The notes: generated by a model not told the origin, from the letters alone. A DNA stretch of 64,000 nucleotides from Paracoccaceae bacterium (GCA_029248915.1 JAQWIK010000109.1:10563-74562); one strand, 5' to 3'; positions 32,184 through 42,637 are shown, numbered from the stretch's first letter. A program made the numbers and translations.

Positions 32184-33050
32184 TTACTCACTGCGGCTTT
32201 TTATTTTCAGCGCTAATTGATAAACATCTCGCCGCGACACATTTAATGCCAAAGCTACTGCCTCTGCAGAGTCCTTCACAGACATTGACTTAAGCGCATC
32301 TTTTAAATGTTGCTCTACTTTATTCAAATCAACATCAGGATCGGTCGCTCCCGCTATAAGAAGAACAATTTCACCTTTTATATTTTTATCGCAATAAAAT
32401 TCTGAAAGTTTTTTCAAGCTGCCACGCTGGGTATCTTCAAACTTCTTGGTGATTTCCCGACAAACAACTCCTTGCCTATCCTCACCCAAAACTTCCACTG
32501 ATTTTAATAAAGTATCACTTAACCTTTTAGCAGATTCATAAAAAATAAGCGTGCCGCGATAAGACCGTAAATCGCGAAGTTTTAATTCCTTCTGACTTTT
32601 ATTATTAGGCAAAAAACCCTCAAAAGAAAATCTATCTGTTGGAAGACCAGCAACTGTCAAAGCTGCTATAAGTGCACAAGGCCCTGGCGCGCTAATTACA
32701 TTATTCTCCGCACTTAAAACTTCAGTTAGTAGCGAGAACCCGGGATCGGCTATTAAGGGAGTTCCTGCCTCTGATGCATAAGCAATCGACTTACCCTGTT
32801 CCAAGTGAGCGAGCAACTTGGGCCGAGCTTTGCCTCCGTTATGGTCGTGATAAGAAATTAAACTTCTATTTTTTAATTGGATTCCATGAATTTCTAGCAA
32901 TTTTTTTAAAGTTCGTGTGTCTTCAGCGGCTAAAACGTCCGCATTGGCTAAAATATCAAGTGCCCTTAAAGTTATATCTCTGGCCGAGCCTATAGGTGTT
33001 GAAACAAAATATAAACCTGGCGATAACTTGATTGATTTGTAATTGACCAT
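32184..33050 (-). CDS. rsmI: 16S rRNA (cytidine1402-2'-O)-methyltransferase
   Basis: I chose ATG 33050 (MVNYKSIKLSPGLYFVSTPIG...). The track start 33134 would overlap the divergent lpoA-like gene. LYFVSTPIG, AAEDTR and SEAGTPLIADPG motifs are present. Confidence 0.88.
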   Translation of the reverse strand: MVNYKSIKLSPGLYFVSTPIGSARDITLRALDILANADVLAAEDTRTLKKLLEIHGIQLKNRSLISYHDHNGGKARPKLLAHLEQGKSIAYASEAGTPLIADPGFSLLTEVLSAENNVISAPGPCALIAALTVAGLPTDRFSFEGFLPNNKSQKELKLRDLRSYRGTLIFYESAKRLSDTLLKSVEVLGEDRQGVVCREITKKFEDTQRGSLKKLSEFYCDKNIKGEIVLLIAGATDPDVDLNKVEQHLKDALKSMSVKDSAEAVALALNVSRRDVYQLALKIKSRSE

Positions 33051-33105
33051 TAGAAACTTTTTAGTCGAAGTTTTTATTAACTCATAATTTTGAGGATTTA
33101 ACGTT

Positions 33106-34269
33106 ATGTTGGATAAAATATTGTCATTAAGCAAGCAATTAAAACTTATCAGTTTTGTGACATTAGCTATTTTTATTTCGTCATGTGCCCCGCAGCAACG
33201 TGAAACCTCAATTGGCCCAAGTATTGATGTTAAAAAACCTGTTCAAGTTGCTTTACTGTTACCTAAATCACATCCAAAAACACAGGCTTTGTCAACGAGC
33301 TTAGAAAACGCAACACTTATGGCTGTTGGAGATTTGAAAAATGTTCAAATTCATCTGAGGATTTATGATACAGCAGGCAACCCCGCACAAGCTGCCATCC
33401 AAGCGCAAACGGCTGTTGATGATGGTGCTAAAATTATTCTTGGCCCTTTATTTGGCGAAGCCGCAAATGCTGCTGGTATGGCTGTAGCAGACGAAGAAAT
33501 AAATGTTTTAAGTTTTTCTAATAACACTTCTATTGCTGGTGGTAATGTATTTATTTTGGGCAAAACATTCCAAAACACATCTGACAGACTACTGACCTAC
33601 GCCGCCTCAAAAGGAAAGTCGCGAGCCGTAATTCTTTATCCGGATAACATTGAAGGAAAATTTGGAAGAGCAGCACTCAAAAAATCTGCACAAAAAGCAA
33701 ATATCCAGGTAATTAACAGTCAACCTTTTGAATTTACGCAAAAAGGCATAGTCAATGCTGTTCCAGTTGCGCGCGCCTCTGTCGAGGTTGAGGATGTAGA
33801 TCTACTTCTCCTAACATCTAACTCGGCGGGAGCTCTTCCTCTGTTGGGACAATTGTTACCAGAGTCTGGTATTGATACAGAAAAAGTCCAATTTGCTGGA
33901 ATTTCTCGGTGGGATATACCTCAGCAAACACTTCGGTTAAAAGGTCTTCAAGGAGGTTGGTTCACGACTCCAGATCAAGTTGTACGTAAAAATTTTTTAA
34001 AACGCTATGAAGCTTTATACGATAAACAGCCTCATCAACTGGCGGGTTTAGCCTTTGACGGAATAGCGGCAATAGGAGCATTAGTTCAAACCGGCAAACC
34101 TCATGCCTTAGCCTCAAAGGGACTAACCCAATCTGCAGGCTTTGAAGGTGTCGATGGAATTTTTCGATTTTTGAAAGATCGAACGAATGAGCGAGGCTTA
34201 GCGATAGCAGAAGTCAGAAATAAGCAGGTATACATCATTGACCCAGCGCCACGATTCTTTAGATTTTGA
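33106..34269 (+). CDS. Lipoprotein with type-1 periplasmic-binding fold, penicillin-binding-protein activator (LpoA-like)
   Basis: 387 aa. Lipobox FISSC. The Leu/Ile/Val-binding-protein-like fold has no linked permease genes. The divergent arrangement with rsmI is the same as E. coli rsmI/lpoA. Confidence 0.6.
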   Translation: MLDKILSLSKQLKLISFVTLAIFISSCAPQQRETSIGPSIDVKKPVQVALLLPKSHPKTQALSTSLENATLMAVGDLKNVQIHLRIYDTAGNPAQAAIQAQTAVDDGAKIILGPLFGEAANAAGMAVADEEINVLSFSNNTSIAGGNVFILGKTFQNTSDRLLTYAASKGKSRAVILYPDNIEGKFGRAALKKSAQKANIQVINSQPFEFTQKGIVNAVPVARASVEVEDVDLLLLTSNSAGALPLLGQLLPESGIDTEKVQFAGISRWDIPQQTLRLKGLQGGWFTTPDQVVRKNFLKRYEALYDKQPHQLAGLAFDGIAAIGALVQTGKPHALASKGLTQSAGFEGVDGIFRFLKDRTNERGLAIAEVRNKQVYIIDPAPRFFRF

Positions 34270-37027
34270 TAAACTTAAAAACGGAAAAGATAGATCTACT
34301 CATATTAATTTGGATTTGATCTGCAAACCAAAGCACATCTTTGATAATGCTAAAGTGAATTCCTTTATCAAATCAAAAGCACCTGAACGAACGGAATTAG
34401 TAAGTTTATTGAAGAAATTAAAATCTACAGGGTTTGAGAGAATTTCATCAGAACTTACTAAAAATCCACTTAAAGCCAGAAAAGCCGTCACCAGTTACGC
34501 TTTTTTGACAGACTGCCTAGTAAAGAGCACTTGGGAATTTGCAACGAAGATAAAATTCCCAACACATAATCCAACGAGTGGAGAAAGATTATCAGTTATT
34601 TCCGTAGGCGGTTACGGAAGGCGCGAAATGGCCCCCTACTCAGATGTAGATCTACTTTTTCTTACACCCTATAAGATTACACCATGGGCAGAAACTATAA
34701 TAGAAACAGTTCTATACCTGTTATGGGATTTAAAACTTAAAGTAGGGCATTCATCCCGGTCTATACGAGATTGTATACGAATGGGTCGCGAAGACTACAC
34801 CATTAGAACGGCTATGTTGGAACATAGATTTGTGTGCGGAGATATCAGTTTAGCTTCAGAGTTGAATGAAAAACTTTGGAAAAATTTATTTGAAGGAACT
34901 GCTAAAGAATTTATTTCAGCGAAATTAAAAGAAAGAGAGCGGAGACACGAAAAACATGGCCAAAGATATATGGTCGAACCCAATGTAAAAGAAGGAAAAG
35001 GCGGACTACGTGATTTGCAATCGTTATATTGGATCGCAAAGTATGTTTATAAAACTCAAAATATAGGTGATTTAGTTGAATTAAACGTGTTCAGAGAAGA
35101 TGAACATGACCAATTTGAAAAAGCTGAGGAATTTTTGTGGGCAGTACGATGTCAAATGCATCAACTATCTAATAGAGCAATTGAACAATTGAACTTTGAT
35201 CTTCAGGTCGAAGTAGCAACAGCAATGGGCTATAAAAATTCTCAAGCCCGTCGTGCTGTTGAGATATTCATGCAAGATTATTTTCGACACGCAACGCGTG
35301 TTGGAGATTTAACGAGGATATTTCTTACTTCGTTAGAGGCGGTTCACGCAAAAGATGACCCTTTGCTAGAGCGAATATTTAAAAGAAGACCCAAACTCGG
35401 TAAAGAGTATGCTGTTTTACAAAATAGACTAGCAATAAGGTCAGAAGAGAAATTTTTGGCTAATCCTATAAATTTACTTAAATTATTTTCAGAAGCACTT
35501 CGGACCGGATTATTAATTCACCCTAATGCTATGAGATTTGTTTCTGCAAACTTACCTTTGATAGATAAAGAATTTAGGCAATCGCCAGAAGCTCAAAATA
35601 TTTTCTTAGAATTGTTACTCAAACACGGCAATCCAGAGAGAGCACTGCGCCGAATGAATGAATTAGGTTTTCTAGCAAAATTTATTCCAGAATTTGAGCC
35701 TATAGTAGCAATGATGCAGTTCAACATGTACCATAGCTACACTGTTGATGAGCATACGATCCAATGCCTAAAAACATTAGCACAAATTGAAAAAGGCGAA
35801 TTGGTTGAAGAATTACCAATTGCAAGCTCAATCTTAAAAGGCGAGGTAAACCGTAAAGTAATTTATGTAGCATTGTTACTTCATGATATCGGTAAAGGAC
35901 GTTCAGATGATCACTCAATATTAGGAGCTAAAATTGCGAGGAAAGTTTCACCGCGTTTAGGCCTAAAAAAACAAGAAACAGAAATCGTTGAATGGCTTGT
36001 TAGGTATCATCTCTTGATGTCTGATATGGCTCAGAAGAGGGACATATCTGATCCTCGTACCGTTCGTGATTTTGCAAAAGCAGTTCAAAGCGTCAAAAGG
36101 TTGGATCTTTTAACTGTTCTTACAGTATGCGATGTACGCAGTGTAGGGCCTGACACCTGGAACAATTGGAAAGCAACCCTGATCAGACAACTATATTCTG
36201 AAACGAGACTAACTTTAGAACAAGGTGGTGAGGCTCTAAACAGAGAAAACCGAATGGTTGAGGCAAAAAAATCGTTACGAGAAAAATTATTTGATTGGGA
36301 TTCGACAGATATTAAAACAGAAATGGGGCGGCATTATCCGCCATACTGGCAAGGGTTCCAGATCGAGGCGCAATTCGCTTTTGCCAAATTACTGAAAGAC
36401 CTTGGGTCTGATGAAATTAAAATGGACCTAACAGCTGATACAGAAAGAGATGCTACGAGAATTTGCTTTGCTCTGTCAGACCATCCTGGAATTTTCTCTC
36501 GGCTTTCTGGTGCCATAGCCTTGGTTGGAGCAAATGTGGTTGATGCCAGATCATATACATCCAAAGACGGATTTGCTACAGCTGCATTCTGGATACAAGA
36601 TGGAGATGGTGCACCATATAATCAAACTCGATTTTCAAGACTTAGAGGCATGATTGAAAAAATATTAGGTGGTGAAATTATAACTCGCGACGCCATGAAG
36701 GAACGGGATAAGTTAAAAAAAAGGGAACGGGCTTTTAAAGTTCCAACTTCTGTAACTTTCGACAACGACGGGTCGGAAATATACACAATTATTGAGGTAG
36801 ACACTAGAGATAGGCCCGGATTACTCTTTGATTTGACCAGAACGCTAGCCAATATGAACGTATATATAGCGTCCGCCGTTATAGCGACCTATGGAGAACA
36901 AGTTGTTGACAGTTTTTACGTTAAAGACATGTTTGGCTTAAAATTTTATAGTGAAAGCAAACAAAAAAAACTTGAGCAGAACTTACGACAGGCAATTAAT
37001 CTCGGAGTGGAACGAGCACAATCTTGA
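34238..37027 (+). CDS. glnD: [Protein-PII] uridylyltransferase / uridylyl-removing enzyme
   Basis: 929 aa. Nucleotidyltransferase GGYGRREMAPYSDVDLLFL, HD domain (LLLHDIGKG) and two C-terminal ACT domains. The start is a TTG (34238) and is uncertain. There is no in-frame ATG before the catalytic motif. Confidence 0.9.
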   Translation: MTQRHDSLDFDKLKNGKDRSTHINLDLICKPKHIFDNAKVNSFIKSKAPERTELVSLLKKLKSTGFERISSELTKNPLKARKAVTSYAFLTDCLVKSTWEFATKIKFPTHNPTSGERLSVISVGGYGRREMAPYSDVDLLFLTPYKITPWAETIIETVLYLLWDLKLKVGHSSRSIRDCIRMGREDYTIRTAMLEHRFVCGDISLASELNEKLWKNLFEGTAKEFISAKLKERERRHEKHGQRYMVEPNVKEGKGGLRDLQSLYWIAKYVYKTQNIGDLVELNVFREDEHDQFEKAEEFLWAVRCQMHQLSNRAIEQLNFDLQVEVATAMGYKNSQARRAVEIFMQDYFRHATRVGDLTRIFLTSLEAVHAKDDPLLERIFKRRPKLGKEYAVLQNRLAIRSEEKFLANPINLLKLFSEALRTGLLIHPNAMRFVSANLPLIDKEFRQSPEAQNIFLELLLKHGNPERALRRMNELGFLAKFIPEFEPIVAMMQFNMYHSYTVDEHTIQCLKTLAQIEKGELVEELPIASSILKGEVNRKVIYVALLLHDIGKGRSDDHSILGAKIARKVSPRLGLKKQETEIVEWLVRYHLLMSDMAQKRDISDPRTVRDFAKAVQSVKRLDLLTVLTVCDVRSVGPDTWNNWKATLIRQLYSETRLTLEQGGEALNRENRMVEAKKSLREKLFDWDSTDIKTEMGRHYPPYWQGFQIEAQFAFAKLLKDLGSDEIKMDLTADTERDATRICFALSDHPGIFSRLSGAIALVGANVVDARSYTSKDGFATAAFWIQDGDGAPYNQTRFSRLRGMIEKILGGEIITRDAMKERDKLKKRERAFKVPTSVTFDNDGSEIYTIIEVDTRDRPGLLFDLTRTLANMNVYIASAVIATYGEQVVDSFYVKDMFGLKFYSESKQKKLEQNLRQAINLGVERAQS

Positions 37028-38565
37028 AACCAATACGCTTTATATCGGGCTTTGTGACAGTTGGCTTTTGGACTTTAATAAGTCGTGTCTTGGGTATGGT
37101 ACGAGAAATTTTATTATTTTCTTTGATCGGGGCTGGTCCAATTTTAGATGCTTTTTTTGCGGCATTTAGATTACCAAATATGTTCAGAAGATTTTTTGCT
37201 GAAGGTGCATTTAATTCAGCCTTCGTTCCTTTAATTTCAAAAAAATACGAAAAAAATGAAAATGCTACAGCTTTCGCAAATGAAGCTTTGGGCAGTTTAG
37301 CTTTTATTTTGCTAATTCTTACTACCCTCGCGATTATTTTTATGCCAGCGCTAATATGGGCTATCGCCAATGGCTTTGTAGGTGATGAACGCTTCGAAAT
37401 CACTGTTGCATTTGGCCGAGTTATGTTTCCCTATATTTTCCTAATCTCCCTTGCAGCACTTCTATCTGGGGTGCTAAATGCTTTAGGTTACTTCGCTGCC
37501 GCTGCCGCTGCTCCTGTTCTGCTCAACATAATAATCATTTTAGGGTTGTGCATTTCGTTTGTCTTTGAATGGCCAACAATGACTGTTTTGATCTATTCAG
37601 TACCATTTGCAGGTATCATGCAATTGATACTCTTATGGACGGCTGCCGAAAAAGCTGGCTTAATTATCCGTCCGAGCAGACCAAGATTATCAAAAGATAT
37701 GAAAATTTTAATCCGTGTAGCCATCCCAAGCGCCCTTGCGAATGGTGTTTTACAGATTAACTTGCTTGTTGGCCAATTCGTTTCAAGTCAGGAAAAGGGA
37801 GCAATTAGCTGGCTCTACGGTGCCGATCGATTGTATCAGTTACCTTTGGGTGTAGTAGGAATTGCAATTGGCATAGTATTGCTTCCCGAATTATCACGCC
37901 GAATTGCTAATAACGACGAGACCGGAGCTCGTTCAGCCTTCAATAATGCTTTCACAACAAGTATGGCGCTAACCATACCGGCTACCGTAGCTTTGTTTAT
38001 TGTTCCGCTACCTTTAATATCAGCCCTTTTTCAACATGGTGAAACCACTTCTACCGATGCCATCGCCATGGCGCTTGCCACATCAATTTATGCTCTTGGG
38101 CTACCAGCGTTTGTGTTACAAAAAGTTTACCAACCAATCTACTTCGCTCGGGGAGATACGAAAACACCTTTTCGCTTTGCTGTTTTATCAATGATTGTAA
38201 ATTCCTTAATTGCATTTGGCTTAATGCCAATTTACGGGTGGATCGCCGCACCAATTGCAACAACCGTGTCAGCCTGGGCTATGATAATATTACTTTTTAC
38301 TGGAACCAAAAAATTGGGGAATAGTGGCCAGCTTTCCATGCTTTCAAAATCAAAATTTGTGCTGATTATTCTTTCATCATTTGTGATGGGTTTATTTTTA
38401 TGGGTTGCAAATTTCCTTCTAAAGGAAGAAATTTTCTCTCTGCTTGAAAAAATTTCGTTCGCTTGTTTTTTAGTTTTGATAGGAGCATCAATCTACACTT
38501 TTACTGCAAATTTTTTGGGTGCATTTAACATCAAAGATATCCAAGAATCTATTAAAAGAAACTAA
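37024..38565 (+). CDS. murJ: Lipid II flippase MurJ
   Basis: 513 aa polytopic protein. The N-terminus FVTVGFWTLISRVLGMVREILL and the FRRFFAEGAFNSAFVP block are characteristic. TTG start overlaps the glnD TGA (TTGA). Confidence 0.9.
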   Translation: MKPIRFISGFVTVGFWTLISRVLGMVREILLFSLIGAGPILDAFFAAFRLPNMFRRFFAEGAFNSAFVPLISKKYEKNENATAFANEALGSLAFILLILTTLAIIFMPALIWAIANGFVGDERFEITVAFGRVMFPYIFLISLAALLSGVLNALGYFAAAAAAPVLLNIIIILGLCISFVFEWPTMTVLIYSVPFAGIMQLILLWTAAEKAGLIIRPSRPRLSKDMKILIRVAIPSALANGVLQINLLVGQFVSSQEKGAISWLYGADRLYQLPLGVVGIAIGIVLLPELSRRIANNDETGARSAFNNAFTTSMALTIPATVALFIVPLPLISALFQHGETTSTDAIAMALATSIYALGLPAFVLQKVYQPIYFARGDTKTPFRFAVLSMIVNSLIAFGLMPIYGWIAAPIATTVSAWAMIILLFTGTKKLGNSGQLSMLSKSKFVLIILSSFVMGLFLWVANFLLKEEIFSLLEKISFACFLVLIGASIYTFTANFLGAFNIKDIQESIKRN

Positions 38566-39248
38566 TTCCTAAAAACAGAAATTACTTCCTTTATACCACC
38601 AGGACTTAAGAAAAATGACACTGTAAAACCTGTAACAAAACCTGCAAAATCAGCGATCCAGAGTTGCCCAGTTCCAAATAAAAAGCTAAAAAGTAATTGC
38701 ACACTCATTAGCGCTACAATCAAAGAAAACGCCTGAGATTGATTTTTGTTTTTAGCTAATCGCAAAGCAATCCAGGAAACAAATGTATAAGCTCCAACAA
38801 AGCCATAAACTCCTGGATAAGAGCCAACCAATATTTGACCATTAGTTGCCGATATGGAATAAAAAAAAGCCGCAAGTATCGTACTCAGTATCCAAATCAA
38901 TACTACGGATAGCGTCGAAAAAACTTCTCCAACCATTTTTCCCAAAGCCAACAATAAAACTGAAGCGAAAACAACCGAGAGACTTGATAAGTTGACAAAT
39001 GGGTAGGCTACAAATCTAAAAACATTATCAATTGAAAGATTACCTGTTCCCAACATCCAATTTGCAAGTTTTGGCGGAACGCCGTAGTTTTGTATCAACA
39101 ATAACCTTTCAGCAGCACCTCCAGTCTTTCCAATTAGCTCGCCCAAGTCAAAGAAAAGGAAAGCTTCAACAAGTGTTATGCCAAAAAAAATGACTAGGAT
39201 AGCAGTTGGAATTGGATTAACTACAGGGGGTTTATTATACTCCGACAA
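38562..39248 (-). CDS. Rhomboid-like polytopic membrane protein (catalytic residues apparently absent)
   Basis: The track ORF begins at TTG 39353 and would overlap trpS. I prefer TTG 39248, preceded by AAGGAAG 6 nt upstream (229 aa). It has six or seven hydrophobic helices with a rhomboid-like layout (FRFVAYPF..., GSYPGVYGFVGAY, ADFAGFVTG). Confidence 0.5.
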   Translation of the reverse strand: MSEYNKPPVVNPIPTAILVIFFGITLVEAFLFFDLGELIGKTGGAAERLLLIQNYGVPPKLANWMLGTGNLSIDNVFRFVAYPFVNLSSLSVVFASVLLLALGKMVGEVFSTLSVVLIWILSTILAAFFYSISATNGQILVGSYPGVYGFVGAYTFVSWIALRLAKNKNQSQAFSLIVALMSVQLLFSFLFGTGQLWIADFAGFVTGFTVSFFLSPGGIKEVISVFRN

Positions 39249-39325
39249 GTTAACTTCCTTAGCTTGACCACAACTAATGACACAGGTAAGCGATTTGTCA
39301 TGAAAAATCCAGACGGAGACTATTG

Positions 39326-40360
39326 ATGAGTAAACCTGCACAACCTGAACCAATGGGTGAATTCAAAAAGCGGGTTTTTTCTGGAGTTCAACCTTCAGGT
39401 GGATTGACCCTCGGTAACTATTTGGGCGCAATCAAAAGATTTGTCCAGATGCAAGATGATAATTACGAAACAATTTATTGTGTAGTTGACCTGCACGCGA
39501 TTACCGTGTGGCAAAACCCAAGCATACTGAGGCAAAATACTAGAGAATTAGCGGCATCCTTTATTGCGTCCGGGCTCGATCCAGAGAAATCTATTTTATT
39601 TAACCAATCTGCAGTGCCTGAACATGCGCAGTTAGGATGGGTCTTCAATTGTGTTGCTCGCATGGGTTGGATGCAACGAATGACACAGTTCAAAGATAAA
39701 GCCGGAAAGAATGCTCAGAATGCATCTCTCGGTCTATTTGGCTATCCTGCACTTATGGCGGCTGATATTTTAGCTTATCATGCAACTCATGTTCCCGTGG
39801 GGGATGATCAGAAACAGCACCTAGAGCTGACCAGAGACATAGCCATAAAATTTAATCATGACTATGAGGTTGATTTTTTTCCAATAACTGAACCTGTTAT
39901 CGGAGGGCCCGCGGCCAGGGTAATGAGTTTACGTGACGGTACCAAAAAAATGTCTAAATCTGACCCTTCAGATTTAAGTCGAATAAATATGACCGACGAT
40001 CCCGATATGATTGCAAATAAAATCAGAAAAGCGAAAACAGATCAATACGGCCTTCCTTCCGAACCGGAAGGGTTAGAAGGTAGAGCCGAGGCGCAGAATT
40101 TGGTATCAATATACGCAGCTCTTGGAGATGATAGCATTGAAAGCGTATTGAGCGAAATAGGTGGAAAACAATTTTCAGAATTTAAACCCATGTTGGTAGA
40201 AAGGGCAACAGAGGTGCTGGCACCAATTTCACGCGAGATGGGGCGAATAATGCAGGATATTACTCAATTAGATAAAGTTTTGAATAGTGGCGCACGTAAA
40301 GCTAAATCGGTTGCCGAACCAATTTTACAAAAAACTTTTGACATTATAGGTATGAAATAG
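39326..40360 (+). CDS. trpS: Tryptophan--tRNA ligase
   Basis: ATG 39326 is preceded by [22 protein letters not shown] (HIGH-region equivalent) and KMSKS are present. Confidence 0.95.
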   Translation: MSKPAQPEPMGEFKKRVFSGVQPSGGLTLGNYLGAIKRFVQMQDDNYETIYCVVDLHAITVWQNPSILRQNTRELAASFIASGLDPEKSILFNQSAVPEHAQLGWVFNCVARMGWMQRMTQFKDKAGKNAQNASLGLFGYPALMAADILAYHATHVPVGDDQKQHLELTRDIAIKFNHDYEVDFFPITEPVIGGPAARVMSLRDGTKKMSKSDPSDLSRINMTDDPDMIANKIRKAKTDQYGLPSEPEGLEGRAEAQNLVSIYAALGDDSIESVLSEIGGKQFSEFKPMLVERATEVLAPISREMGRIMQDITQLDKVLNSGARKAKSVAEPILQKTFDIIGMK

Positions 40361-40376
40361 AGAAGTTGGAATTAAA

Positions 40377-40832
40377 ATGCGCAAATTTTTAGTTGTTCTT
40401 GACGACAGTCGCGAATGTTTAAGTGCAATGCGCTTTGCAGCCATGCGCGCAATGAAAACTGGGGGTGGAGTTGCTATTCTGTCAGTAATTCCCCCTGATG
40501 AGTTCAATCACTGGATTGGAGTTAGTGACCTGATGCGAGAAGAAGCTCGCGAAAGGATCCAAGCACATTTTGATGTTTTTGCAAAGTGGATGCGCGATAG
40601 TAATAAAATTGATCCTGATTTAATCATTCGTGAAGGCGAGCCAATCAAGGAAATATTAGACTACGTCACAGATAACCCTGAGGTTGGTGTTCTTGTTCTA
40701 GGTGCCGGAACCGATAATAGTGGGCCAGGGCCACTAGTTTCCCAATTATCCAAGAATTCAGGTTCACTCCCAGTACCAATTACGATTGTACCCGGTAACT
40801 TATCAAAGGAGCAACTTGAGGCTATAACCTAA
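40377..40832 (+). CDS. Universal stress protein family protein
   Basis: 151 aa. USP fold pattern with the C-terminal G-x2-G-x9-G-S-like LVLGAGTDNSGPGPLVSQLS. Confidence 0.75.
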   Translation: MRKFLVVLDDSRECLSAMRFAAMRAMKTGGGVAILSVIPPDEFNHWIGVSDLMREEARERIQAHFDVFAKWMRDSNKIDPDLIIREGEPIKEILDYVTDNPEVGVLVLGAGTDNSGPGPLVSQLSKNSGSLPVPITIVPGNLSKEQLEAIT

Positions 40833-40945
40833 TGGGGCAGCTGAGACTCAGTATTTAAGCAAAAAATTTAATTTAGAATGATTCTAAACTCTTGACTTTT
40901 TTTGACTTAATTATCATATTAACGAGGTAAAACAAGGATTAGACA

Positions 40946-41506
40946 ATGTTCATACAAACAGAATCGACACCAAATCCAGCTACTTTAAAATTTTTACCCG
41001 GACAGACAGTTTTAGAAGAGGGAACCGCTGATTTTCCTAATGCTGATGATGCAAACGTTTCCCCACTTGCTCAGAGACTGTTTAACGTAAGTGGCGTAAC
41101 AGGTGTCTTTCTAGGCCGCGATTTTGTTACAGTTACAAAGGAAGATGGCGTGGACTGGGATCACGCAAAGCCTGCTCTCCTTGGCGCCATGATGGAACAT
41201 TTTCAATCCGGTCAAGAAGCTATGAGCGGAGAAACAACACCTGATCATTCTACCGAAGTATCTGAAGAAGACGCTCCAATTGTTGGTCAAATTAAAGAAT
41301 TGCTCGACAGTCGCGTCAGGCCAGCGGTTGCTCAGGATGGAGGAGATATTACTTTCCACGGGTTTGATCGAGGCGTAGTTTATCTTCAAATGAAAGGCGC
41401 ATGTGCGGGCTGCCCCTCTTCAACAATGACCTTGAAAATGGGCATTGAAAATCTTTTAAGGCACTATATTCCAGAGGTGACCGAGGTTCGGCCAGTTGAT
41501 CTGTGA
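40946..41506 (+). CDS. NifU family Fe-S cluster assembly protein (Nfu_N + NifU C-terminal domain)
   Basis: 186 aa. MFIQTESTPNPATLKFLPG start and C-terminal GACAGCPSS CxxC motif. Confidence 0.88.
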   Translation: MFIQTESTPNPATLKFLPGQTVLEEGTADFPNADDANVSPLAQRLFNVSGVTGVFLGRDFVTVTKEDGVDWDHAKPALLGAMMEHFQSGQEAMSGETTPDHSTEVSEEDAPIVGQIKELLDSRVRPAVAQDGGDITFHGFDRGVVYLQMKGACAGCPSSTMTLKMGIENLLRHYIPEVTEVRPVDL

Positions 41507-42083
41507 TCAAACTGTAATTGTTTTTGATACCTCTGATCAATACATAGCTGCGGCTCTGTATCGCGGAAAACAGAAAGTTAAAGCCGCAATAGAATTCATG
41601 AATCGAGGTCAGGCGGAAAGACTAATGTCTTCGCTAAACGAACTTTTAGAACGCTCCTCGTTGAATTGGTCAGACGTTGGAAAGATCGGTGTCTGCACAG
41701 GTCCAGGAAATTTTACTGGGATCAGAATCTCCGTGTCGGCTGCCCGGGGGTTAGCTTTAGGATTAAAAATTCCAGCCATAGGAGTTACTAGTTTTGAAAC
41801 CACCTTGTACGGGTACGGTGATGAAAATTTAGCTTTGCTTCCAGCCAACAAAGGTTTTTATTATGTTGGCTCAAATCCAAAAAATGCAAAATTTATGTCA
41901 GCAGATGAGATAGACGTTAAAAATGATAAGTATATTAGAAAATCTAAACCAGAAGTTCATTTGAAAAATCTAGCTCTTCTAACCCAAGAAAAAGAAACCG
42001 AGGTTAGTCGTCCTAGTCCATGTTATATAAAACCAGCAGACGCATCTCCTAACCTAAGCAACGTACCAAATTTACTAAAATGA
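41496..42083 (+). CDS. tsaB: tRNA threonylcarbamoyladenosine biosynthesis protein TsaB
   Basis: 195 aa. VIVFDTSDQYIAAAL and GPGNFTGIRISVSAARGLALG. TTG start overlaps the nifU end. Confidence 0.8.
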   Translation: MICDQTVIVFDTSDQYIAAALYRGKQKVKAAIEFMNRGQAERLMSSLNELLERSSLNWSDVGKIGVCTGPGNFTGIRISVSAARGLALGLKIPAIGVTSFETTLYGYGDENLALLPANKGFYYVGSNPKNAKFMSADEIDVKNDKYIRKSKPEVHLKNLALLTQEKETEVSRPSPCYIKPADASPNLSNVPNLLK

Positions 42084-42490
42084 CACCCTTCGAAATGGCA
42101 AAACTACATTTGCTTTCTGGCTCCCTTACTCGACCATGGAGCGAAAGCGAGTACAAAATTTTACTGTCTACAGATACAATTAGATTTTTTTATGTTGAAA
42201 ATGGCTTTCTTGTCGGTCGTCTTATCGGACCAGACGCAGAGATTTTGAATGTAATTGTTCATCCAAAATATCGTAGATTAGGCAAGGCAAGGTATCTCAT
42301 TGACAAGTTTGAAAAAGAAGCAAAAGAGGAAGGATCTTCAAAGTGTTTTCTAGAAGTGGCCGAATCGAACAGCCGAGCCAATAAACTTTACCAATCTTTA
42401 AACTATTTAAGCGTTGGGAAAAGAAAAAATTACTATGAATTTGTTGATGGTCGCAAAGACAATGCATCGATCTTGGCTAAGGAAATATGA
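42080..42490 (+). CDS. rimI: Ribosomal-protein-alanine N-acetyltransferase (GNAT)
   Basis: 136 aa. GNAT block HPKYRRLGKARYLI, ATGA overlap with tsaB, and the classic tsaB-rimI pairing. Confidence 0.75.
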   Translation: MTPFEMAKLHLLSGSLTRPWSESEYKILLSTDTIRFFYVENGFLVGRLIGPDAEILNVIVHPKYRRLGKARYLIDKFEKEAKEEGSSKCFLEVAESNSRANKLYQSLNYLSVGKRKNYYEFVDGRKDNASILAKEI

Positions 42491-42637
42491 ACCTAATTTA
42501 AATTATTCTAAAATTAGATTGATTTGAAAAAAAAGCTGTTGACCACCATTTGCTGAAGCGTCTTAATAAGCTAATATCATTTTATGATCCACTAGCGTCA
42601 CAACGTGCAAGGATCTATTAACAATTGGGAGTTTTAT

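Noticed and set aside
36996-37403. 135-aa minus-strand ORF across the glnD/murJ junction
   Set aside because: It lies antisense to the well-supported murJ N-terminus. The Lys/Ile-rich translation is an AT-rich artefact.
42491-42637. Possible purine or nucleoside riboswitch in the approximately 150-nt leader of the BMP transporter
   Set aside because: I could not find the conserved purine-riboswitch junction sequences or a convincing three-way junction by eye. It probably holds just a promoter (TTGACC ... TAATAA) and an SD.
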